Shown piece by piece: positions 54,069 through 64,000 of a stretch of 64,000 nt of DNA. The stretch comes from Octopus vulgaris (taxonomy: Eukaryota). The translations under genes and the position numbers were made by a program. The notes beneath the pieces were generated by a model, which saw only the letters and a program-made list of their open reading frames with translations, was not told the DNA's origin and did not search any database. The stretch covers positions 108,872,001 through 108,936,000 of the forward strand of contig OX597818.1 in NCBI GenBank assembly GCA_951406725.2. The letters are read 5' to 3'. The stretch's first letter is position 1. Each line of letters starts with the position of its first letter.

Positions 54069-54534
54069 CACTACATACAAGCACACGTGTATCTAAGAAT
54101 AAGGTACCTCATGGTAATCAGGCGATCAAGATGAAATTCAAGCAATGATGTTAACAGAATAGATTATGAAAATATAGCTGCAACCTGTTGCAGAAAGTGC
54201 ATCAACAGGCAAAATTCTAGCAGAGCAATATATTGAGTTAACACCAATGGATGTTATATCAATGTTAGCATTAAGAAAAATAAAGGAAAAAACAAAAAAT
54301 GAAACACCACAATTACAACAATTTCTATGAAATATTATATAAACAAATGCTACAGTCGACATGCATCAACTGTTGGTCTGTTACACAATTGGAAGGAATA
54401 TTTGCTGCATTATAAGCTAACAAGTTAATGGTAGAATATAGAAGTACAATAGTTCTCTGAATATACTGTGCAAATTGAATGTATTTTTCCAGTAACTACA
54501 CAGTCAATATTTGAATATATTAAAGCTAGCTACC

Positions 54535-54767
54535 TATTTCTTTATTACCCACAAGGGGCTAAACATAGAGGGGACAAACAAGGACAGACATAGGTATTAA
54601 GTCGATTACATCGACCCCAGTGCATAACTGGTACTTAATTTATCGACCCCGAAAGGATGAAAGGTAAAGTCGACCTCGGCGGAATTTGAACTCACAACGT
54701 AACGGCAGACGAAATACGGCTACGCATTTCGCCCGGCGTGCTAACGTTTCTGCCAGCTCGCCGCCTT
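54535..54767 (-). mobile_element. Young SINE, family A, with 17-bp TSD
   Basis: TSD tattaaagctagctacc at 54518-54534 and 54770-54786; CpGs intact. Confidence 0.94.
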
Positions 54768-55039
54768 CGTATTAAAGCTAGCTACCACTATGTGGTCATT
54801 CAGTCACAGAGTAAATAGTTTTAAACTTATATCTCTCTCAAGTCACAGCTTAACTTAATAAATTCAAAATTAAAAAAAGGCAGGAAGTGGGACATCAGAT
54901 GATGTAGTTCCAGACATACTCTTTCCAAAAAAAGATGTCAGAGCAGGAATTGTTTTGGTTTGTAGGGTTACTTTATCACAGTTGGGCTACTGCTTCTGAT
55001 TCCTTAAAGTATAATCTATGACAGCCTTCCACGTCTTTT

Positions 55040-55890
55040 CTCAGTTCTTTGTATTTTCATTGAACATTGCAAGGTCATTTTGAGCTTCAGGGATTGGGTA
55101 GTAGAGGGCAAACAAGACAGTGCTCCAGAGTATGGTCTGCTTCACATTCACGGGTAGTCAGGCTGAATTTGCAACACCATCTCACCAAGGCAACTTCTGA
55201 ATATCTTTCTCTCATTCTCGGGCAATTGAGTATCACACACTGGACCCATGGTGCTTCTGAGCCAGGTAGGACAAGCACTTCTGCAATGCGAATTCTCATG
55301 TCAATTAGAGGGTGGTTGTTCTGAAGCTTTCCCATCCAGGGTTGGAGTCCAGTTTTTTCATGAGATGTTATTAGGGTCTGGTAATGGTTGAGGAAGCTTC
55401 TTCTTAACCTCAGTCACAGGACCAGGATGAAATGAGGTGGGGGAGATGACATCCATGGGGAAGGTAGCAGTCATCACTCTTAATCTCTATCATCTCTACT
55501 CGACTGGCCACTTCCTGTTCGATATCAGCAGGGGTGATGCCAGTGAGTGGGTGCAGGTTGTGTTGAAGGGTTTACTACTACAAGTGATCAGGCAACAGGA
55601 GTTGTTCAATGCTGGGTCAAGTCTTTAGGTATGGGGGTGATCTCCTCCACACAATACTCCACAGAGAAAGCCAAAGCAGTAGATTTTAATGGCTGTGATG
55701 CAGCTCCCCGTTTGGAGTTACCCAGTTTCCGTAGGGTGTTGTTTCAGGAACCGACTTTCAACCTGGTGTTTCTGACGTGCTCCTTGAAGGAGGAAATGCA
55801 GTCTAAAGTTGCACCAATGGGTAGGTACCAGTCTGCAGTGGTACTCCAGACCATTTCATGTTATGCAGTCAGTTGGCTTCTTGATTCCTG
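55040..55890 (-). mobile_element. Decayed Vingi/Ingi-like LINE 3' fragment
   Basis: Minus frames: GATLDCISSFKEHVRNTRLKVGS*NNTLRKLGNSKRGAASQPLKSTALA...LDPALNNSC..IT, and a C-terminal CEADHTLEHCLVCP zinc knuckle. Clade assignment from recalled motifs. Confidence 0.72.
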
Positions 55891-56344
55891 AGATGGAACA
55901 AGCAAGCTTGAGTCATTGCAGGGTTGACATGAAGATGGTTGTATTAGTAATAGAAGAAGGGTTCATTTGGGGCTGAGATGAACTTTACTTCTACTGAATC
56001 AAATGGACCTTCACAGAATCTTAAATAACGGTTATTGTCCAGTGGCTAGCTGTTGGAATAGATTTTATATAATAGTGAAGCCAGCACACTACCTTAAGCA
56101 AAACTGTTTGATAGCCATTGCCCGTGACTCTGCCTAATTTTCAAAACAACAAAAGAAGCACTTATCTTTTACAAGAGCTCTGATGAGATCTGTGAGTGCT
56201 AGATCTTTGGTCAACTCTGAGCAATAATCCTAGTTTTCTTACAGATCATTGTGATGTTTCTGTCAGCTCAAGGACTCACTTCTCATTAGAGATCAAAAGT
56301 GATTGATCTCTTAGATGAAAAGGCTTTACCAGTCTAAAGGGTGT

Positions 56345-56632
56345 CGTTGCCATGCTAGCATGGGTTGGACAGTTTGACTGTGGTCTGGGGAGTCAGCAGC
56401 TGCACCAGGCTCCAATCTGATCTGGCAGTGTTTCTACAGCTGGATTCCCTTCCTAACGCCACCCACTCCGGAAGTGTTGTGAGTGCTTTTTACGTGCCAC
56501 CAGCACAGCGGCTAGTCTGGGGGCATGGGCATCGACTATGTTTGGATGGTGCTTTTTATGTGCCACCAACACAGGAGCTCGTCAGGGGGCACTGGTATTG
56601 GCCACGTTCAGATGGTGCTTTTTACATGCCAG
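56345..56632 (-). mobile_element. RTE LINE 3' UTR copy
   Basis: Matches 55-300. Confidence 0.82.
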
Positions 56633-56760
56633 GAGAACAGCTTAGTCAGTTCTTTGGTTTGGAAGTTCTTTGCCCAATCTAAATTTGGCCTTCATTGTTC
56701 AGTGACTGACCTGGAACTAAGCAACAACTACAGCAGCAGCAGTGTAATGACATCTACTTT

Positions 56761-57046
56761 CAGTGGTGGATTGGCCAGGTTGCCAGCTTGTCCGATGGCA
56801 AGTGGGCCCCTGCACCATTAGAATCCATATATGGGGGTCCATGTCAGTATCTAAGGGACCCATCCCCTCAAGTTTGAGAATTTTTTATTCACTCCCGGAA
56901 TGCATTAATTATTTCAGCCTTGCTGTGTTTGTAGACAGTTGAAAAGAATACTTTTAACAAAAAAAAATTAAATGATATCATTGTAGTTGCAGGTGGGCCC
57001 CCTTAGTCTCCTGGCAACCAATATTTTTAGACCCAGTCCGACACTG
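56761..57046. mobile_element. hAT MITE with perfect 8-bp TSD
   Basis: TIRs cagtggtggattgg / ccagtccgacactg; TSD tctacttt at 56753-56760 and 57047-57054. Confidence 0.88.
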
Positions 57047-58879
57047 TCTACTTTAGAGCACATGTGTGTGTGTGTGTGAGAGAGAGAGGGAGAGAGAGAG
57101 AGGCAGGGGTGTAAAAACAAATTTTAAAAGAACTAAATAAAGAAAAGAAAATTTGGTGGTTTGCTATGTTTGATAAAGGAAATGACAGTAGTAAGGAAGA
57201 AATAAGAAGGAAATAAATGTTACATCAATTGACATAACATAGATTTTATTTTATAATAAGAATTGACATGATGTATATACGTTATAATTGTGCCTTGTGA
57301 TCAGATGTTTTACTATGGCCCTCCACGACAACGTTATGGACCAAATCTACAACATGGTAGAATCTATCGGCAGTAACATTGGCAGATCATCACAGCTGCT
57401 GCCGCCAACAACAACAACAATTTCCCCCTTATATACTTTATGTACAACTAATGGACAGAATGTAGTAAGTATACAATGTAGTAAGTATACCTCGGTGGCA
57501 AGTCACATCACTTGAGATTTCTATCAGAATATCTCTGCAATGAGCTGCTGCTGTCACAATTGGGAGGAGAGAGAGAAATGAAGAAGACAAGTTATGTTTG
57601 AAAATACAATTTAGTTAAACCCATTTTCTGGTTCTTTTACCCACTTCCAATACATTACTCAATAATCACAGTTATTGATGAAACCTGCAAAGTACATCAT
57701 CAAAATGAAGTATATGTAATTAAGCCCTGTCTTTAATAGCTTTTCTTAGAATTCTTTAAAATTATTCCATCATCTTCATTTTAACATCCAATAAATTCCC
57801 ATTTTCATTTTTTAGCTTGTTGTTTTTGGGTATGCATGCGTGTATGTATGCCTGATCGTGTATGCATGTATATAAGGAAGGCATAGGAAGTCTTCGTCCC
57901 TTATATTTTCGTGTTTTATATTCTCCATTAATGAATCACTCCTAAGGCTATTTTAAGATCAAATTTCTTACATGTTTGCATTCTCTCCTCAAGTAAGTGC
58001 TATCATCTTACCAATGTTCAAAATGATTTCTTAAAAAGTAAATTCAAACAACAAAAAAACATGAAAGTGGGATCTTATTTATAAAAAGAAGAAACTTAAT
58101 ACTTTTTTTAATTAAACAATAGTTTTATAAATCTCAAATAATAATAGATCATAGTTGAGTGGCTCACATCATGGTGGTTTGGTTGGCTTATTAACATTCG
58201 CCAACCGAGTGATCGAGTAGGTTATGACATGAAACTTGCCAGTCAAATGTATACGGAACACACACTCAGGTCTGAATATATTTCTGGCAGGTCAACATCA
58301 GCAGGAACTTCACAGCAGTCGTCCTGTGTTGGGGACTATGTGACTGTGACTTTAGAATATAGAACAATGGGCCTTATTCATCATCTTTTAGTGATCCCGT
58401 TCAAATATTTGTAAAAGCTAATGAACCCAAATAAATTTGACGACTCAATAATTAGAGAAATACAATAGATTGCATGCGCGCACACACACTGACGGTCATT
58501 ATTATCTGCAGTTCTAAATATTCAAAAAAATAAGTAACTGTGATGTAAATATATTTTTAAACAATAAACATAAACAGAACCCATTACTGCATAACAAACA
58601 TTTGTGAACTTGATGGATTATACGGGGAGAAAAAAAAAATAATGAATTAAATTAAATTTCTATAATTTAATGGTTAAACTGAGTTTAATAATAATTTATT
58701 AATTCTTCAATATCAGGTTCAATGTTTGACAACTGAAGGCTCAAGTTTCCTCTGTCTCTTATTTTTAGTGTATTTCACTGCTTAGTAAATTTGATTCTGA
58801 ATCTTCCTTTCACAAAACATGAAGATGGAAAATCAATAAGAACTTTATTTCTAGCTAAAAATCAGGACACTTGTTTTTG

Positions 58880-59124
58880 CTCAACCACATGGTGCTGGGT
58901 TCAGTCCCACTGTGTGACACCTTGGGTAAGTGTCTCCTACTACAGCCTCGGGCCACCGAAAGCCTTGTTAGTGGGTTTGGTTTGGTTTGGTCAACAGAAG
59001 CTCGTCGTATGTGTGTGTGTTTGTTTGCCCCCCCACTGCTTGACAACAGGTGTTGGTGTGTTTATGTCCCCATGCCTTAGCGGTTTGGCAAAAGCAGCTA
59101 AGAGAACAAGTACTAGGGTTTAAA

Positions 59125-59156
<32 letters not shown>

Positions 59157-59245
59157 ACATCATATGGTTGGTTAATTTTCCTAGAAATTCTCCAGGGTGG
59201 TGCCTCATCATGTCTAATGACTGAAACAAGAGACAAAAGATAAAA
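58880..59245 (+). mobile_element. tRNA-derived SINE, family B
   Basis: gggttcagtcccactgtgtgacaccttgggtaagtgtc; similar to 24156-24567. Confidence 0.78.
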
Positions 59246-59429
59246 TGCTTCACATTCATTTTTGATGGAACTGTAAATAAACTTCTAAGTTGTTTTCTAA
59301 TTCTTCAAGAAGGCCTGCATGAGCAAAATGTGCATTGGGGTTAAGAAAAAATAAAATAAAATAAAATAAAAAAAAGCAGATTTCTGATCTATTAGAGTAT
59401 TTTCAATTCAAATCTGGAAATCATACCAT

Positions 59430-60060
59430 ATTTCAGTGCTTGAAGATGGGAACAATAAAATTCTTGGTATCAGAACTACAGATATCAAATCACTATTGTT
59501 CTCTTGTTTTATTATTTGTAAAGTAGGAAACTTTAGAAAATCGCATTTTGTGCATTTGCTGCTAAAAGAATTCATAATTTCCTTTGTTTTAATAAGTTTC
59601 TACCGTTTCCTTGCAATTTGATATTCCTCACATTTAATTTGTTGAAGATGTCAGAAAGCTAAGTAATATCAGTCCCATGGTTTTTCTGGCTCGTTACATA
59701 TTTTCTCATCACATAACTTGAAAATTCCAATATGGTACCAAAGAGATCATAAAAGCATTTCAGACTCTTTCCCTTAGAAAGCCATCAAATTTTATCATGT
59801 AGTAAAAGATGCTCAATTGACGTTCATTTTCATGGCAATTTTTTTTAAAATATGGATATTCAATGGATGAGTTTCTGTTGTACGGTGGTAGCTAAGTGTT
59901 GCCAATGAATAATGCAGTGATTCATAAATATATTTGCAGCTGCTTCTAATAAATGTGCAACAAATCCATTATGGTGACTTTATCAGTAGAAGTACTTCAT
60001 CAACTGCACATGCAATAACATTTGGAAGAGGAATATTTTTATCATTAAAAAGTGCTCAAC
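59430..60060 (-). pseudogene. hAT (Buster/ZBED5/SCAND3-like) transposase remnant
   Basis: Minus frames NIPLPNVIACAVDE / GFVAHL...IFMNHCIIHWQHLA (HCxxH motif) / SDIFNKLNVRNIKLQG, with stops and frameshifts. Confidence 0.7.
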
Positions 60061-61089
60061 TAATTGTAGAACCTGTAGTTTGTCAGTTTTAACTTATTTG
60101 TTTCAAACATAGCATAACTAAAAATTATTAGATAAAAATTATGACAGAAAATTTGAAGTTAAACATGACCAGTTTAAAACTGATAGCTTTCATATGACAG
60201 AACCAAGGGCAGTCTCAGACAAGCTGGTATCAAAATAATCTATTCTCCAGTAATTAAACTTATTTTGACATTAATTTTGCTTTGAGATTGAAACCAATAT
60301 GAAATAAATTTCAATTTTTAATAATATTTAATGAATTTTAATTAGTCCTTCCAGAGAAAATTTGATAAATAAGAAAGCTCACGATGGCAATCTTTGATCA
60401 TAGAAGACAATTTTTAGTTTGTCACACAGTAGTTAGTCTCATTTTGTTTGGTAACCACAAAGGTATTATATTCAAAGCTGTGCTCCAGCTAGCTTGTTTC
60501 TAATTTATTTGGGATGGTTACTCAGTAGAATTAAGAAATTTTCTTTTGCTGTTATTTATATTTGTGCAGTTGTTCATTTTCGTGTTGTTAATGTAAACAG
60601 TCAGATACAATCACACTATTCAAACAAAAAAAAAAACAACAGTACAAAAAAAATAATAGAATTGAGTGAAAAAAACAATGAAAATAAACATTCTTAATCA
60701 TGCCAAAAATGTTCATAAACAAAACGGTCACAGCATTGTATTAAAAAAAAAACATTCTTTCATATTGTCAAACAAAGTAATCCTAGCTGTAGGTTGATAT
60801 AGTTAAAGGGGAATGCTATAGTCAAATATTACCCTCATTATAAGTAAATGATTGGGCTGTGAGCTGGCAAAAATGTTAGCATGCCAGACAAAAGGCTTAC
60901 CGGCATTTTGCCCATCGTCAGGTTCTGAGTTCAAATTCTTCCTAGTCAACTTTGCTTTTCATCCTTTTGGGGTTGATGAAATAGGCATCGGTCGGGCATG
61001 ACACCTGCTTCTGTTTCTCTGTCACACTCTAACCTTTCATCATTTGACACAAAACCACCCCCTCTAATGACCCCTCTCTTCTCAAAGGT

Positions 61090-61400
61090 TCTTTGTCTTG
61101 CAAGTTACTTGGTGACCCTGTCGGTGCTGGTGTCATGTAAAAAGCTTCCAGTCCACACTGTGAAGTCGTTGACATTTAAAAGGGCATCCAGCTATAAAGG
61201 CCATGCCAAAACTGACCTCACTTGTGCTGCTGCAACACAAAAAGCATTCAGTTCACTCTGCAAGGTGGTTAGGCATCCAGCTGTAAAATACCATGCCAAA
61301 ACAGACACAGAAGTATGGTGCAGTCTTCTGCTTTGGCAGCTCCTGCCAAACCATCCAACCCATGCCAGTATGGAAAGCAGACGTTAAACAATGATGATGA
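61090..61400 (+). mobile_element. RTE-tail-derived element with an internal partial duplication
   Basis: ggcatccagct(a/g)taaa..ccatgccaaaac occurs twice; tail ccaacccatgccagtatggaaagcagacgttaaac. Confidence 0.7.
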
Positions 61401-61530
61401 CAACATGTGTGTGCGTGTGTTTGTGTGTGTACATGCATATACTTAGATAATATGTACCATCATCTGCAAGATTCACATACCACAGCCTCTGTATAAGATG
61501 TGAGTTTAACACACACACACAAACACACAC

Positions 61531-61588
<58 letters not shown>

Positions 61589-63207
61589 GTATATCCAGCA
61601 GGAATGGAAATCAATTAGTAGCTTTAAAGTTTTTATCATACAACTAAGACACAAAATAACTTAAAAATACAGTGTTTTTTTCCTAATTTAAAAACAATAA
61701 AACTAACTAACTGACTAGTCCACTATCCCGACCAATGCTAAGAACAGTTCTAATACTGCATCTAGCACAAACACTGCTCTTAAACAACCAATAATATCGT
61801 TACAGTTTGTAATTTTGTTGCAAGCTATATAATGGCTCCAACTAATCAGTAGGCTTTTATGACAAAATTAACAAAAACATACTTAATACCCCACTTCCCT
61901 GTTTTCCTTCTAATTCCCTCAATCAACTTCCTTTTTTTTATTCCTTTCTTTTATTGTTTTTATATTATTTTTCCTTGATAAATAACAGCACATGACAAAG
62001 AGAAACCGAATCAATTACCAGAAAGGAAAAGTTATCAGCAAACTATCTACTTAAAACTAGGAATCCACATCCAAAGAACTAGACTTATCAAGATGGCTAT
62101 TGATTTCTGAACAATGGACATCGATAATGGTGGAGGTGGTAGGATGATGATGATGATGATAGTAATGGCGAACAGAGGTAATGTTAAGGAAACAGTCTTC
62201 CAAAAATCTGCTTGTTCTATAGTTTGTCATATTTCATTGTATTCAGACGCACAGAGATAATAATTTCACATTATTTCACTGTAGCCATTAGTAGTCATGA
62301 TGTCGAAGCAAATCAGATATCGATCTTTTTGGCCATTGGGTCATTAGTCTGTATTCCAACGCTGGTCTGCGTCCTGATCAAAACAATGAACTTTTCCTGC
62401 TCTAATAGTTACTTATGCAGTAAAGATAGTAACAGAGCCAGCAAACTAAAAACGAAGAACTAGTTTTGTACATTCCAAAGGTAAGATGAAATCCTCTTGA
62501 AAAACAATCAATAAACCCCCACCAAACACCAACCCCACCACCACCAACATTGTTTAGTTTGCTAGAAAAATCATGAATGTCAAATTCACACGACCTCTTC
62601 TCAATAATGCTTGCATAAAAAATTCATCATAATCAACACCATCAACACTATTGGATATTTGATTACATGGCTGTAGCCTCATACTTCATTGCAATCATTG
62701 CTTTGTTTTCTGGAAGCTTTTCACCTAAATAAGGAATTATCATCACTGTTGTCTTCATCATCTGTCGTCACCAGCAGCAGCAGTCGCAGCAGCAGAAAGG
62801 GAATCTCGACACAGTCACAAAATCTGCTCAGTAGACCAGACAAATTTAACACTACTAACAAACCTTTGATCATTTTAAGCTCCTATATTCTGAGTTCTAA
62901 AATGAATGCCAGAGCACCAGATATCTCATCACAGTGATTAAATGCATGGCTCAGTTCAAAAGCAGGTGAAACCAAAGCTGATTGACACTTTAAAAAGAAG
63001 AAGAAAAAAAGCAGAAAACACACCATTGTTTTTTTTCTTTTTTATACAAATAGTCAAAGAGATTAAAAAGATCTTAGTAAGCTTATTGTAGACTGAAATA
63101 ATTTATAGACTGTAAAGCTTTCAGCTGTAACTATGGCAGAAAATATAAATATATAAGCATTCATATGTTTCACTATTTACTCTATTAACAGCTAATATTT
63201 TCTGATA

Positions 63208-63678
63208 CAGGTATGGTTATGTGGTAAGATATTTGCTTCCCAACCACATGGTTCCAGGTTCAGTCCCACGGAGTGTGGGCAGACCAAATCCTTGTGAGTG
63301 GATTTGGTAGATGGAAACTGAAAGAAGCCCATCATATATTTACATATATCGTTGTGCCTGTTTTTGTCCTCTGCCACTGCTTGACAATGGGTGTTAGTGT
63401 GTTTATGTCCCCGTAATTTAGCGGTCCAGCAAAGGATAGCAGCAGAATAAGTACCAGGCCAAAAGAATTTCAGATTTTTGCAACAAGGGCAGCTTAGCAG
63501 AGGTGGGGATGAGTCAATTACATTGACCCCAGAGTTCAACTGGTACTTATTTTGTCGACCCCCCTAAAGGATGAAAGCAAAGTCAACCTTAGCAGAATTC
63601 GAACTCAGAATATAGTGACTGGTGAAATACAGCTAAGCATTTCATCCAGTGTGCTAACGATTTTGCCAGCTCACCACC

Positions 63679-63680
<2 letters not shown>
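63208..63680. mobile_element. Family B SINE (+) adjacent to family A SINE (-)
   Basis: Similarity to 24156-24567 and to 54535-54767. Confidence 0.75.
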
Positions 63681-63738
<58 letters not shown>

Positions 63739-63741
63739 TAA

Positions 63742-64000
63742 GGCTATGCAGGAGGATGGAAAAGTAACGATACTCTGGGACTATGATTTTGAAACGGATC
63801 GTGTAATCAAACACCGTTGGCCAGATATTGTCATACTGAATAAAAGAGACAAATACTGTCAGATCATTGATGTAGCCATACCAAATGACATGAATGTTGT
63901 GAGTAAAGAGGTTGAAAAAAATCACCAAGTACTCCCGAATTGAAAGTGGAAGTGGTAAGACTGTATGGAATGCAAGAGGGTAATGTACAAGTGATACCAG
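63742..64000 (+). mobile_element. R4/Dong-clade non-LTR element, restriction-like endonuclease fragment next to (AAT)n; runs off the window
   Basis: ILWDYDFETDRVIKHRWPDIVILNKRDKYCQIIDVAIPNDMNVVSKEVEK, then after a frameshift ITKY...LKVEV: PD..D-type endonuclease motif. Follows the (AAT)n run at 63681-63737; Dong elements are known to target TAA repeats. Confidence 0.85.

Overview
AT-rich, microsatellite- and transposon-dense eukaryotic DNA. From recall, its SINE families and RTE-LINE 3' tails look like those of Octopus (a coleoid cephalopod); this is an inference, not a database result. The only host coding sequence I can support is one 114-bp minus-strand exon of Greatwall/MASTL kinase (35846-35959). 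I did not find its neighbouring exons, so most of the window is probably MASTL intron. The rest is repeats: three tRNA-derived SINE families, RTE, Vingi/Ingi, R4/Dong and CR1-like LINE remnants, two mariner relics, hAT MITEs with 8-bp TSDs, a hAT transposase remnant and two non-autonomous Helitrons, one carrying a piggyBac fragment. Most interesting observations: (1) a degenerate minimal type-I hammerhead ribozyme fold (13858-13902, minus) in a dispersed repeat whose other copy starts about at the predicted cleavage site; (2) the composite Helitron; (3) a shared TACC target/tail microhomology at three young SINE insertions; (4) two single transposon ends bracketed by 44-48 bp direct repeats; (5) two long fold-back hairpins. 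Most ORFs in the supplied track are microsatellite or repeat artefacts. There is no CRISPR array or prokaryote-type system. Repeat boundaries were read by eye and are approximate unless a TSD or TIR is given.
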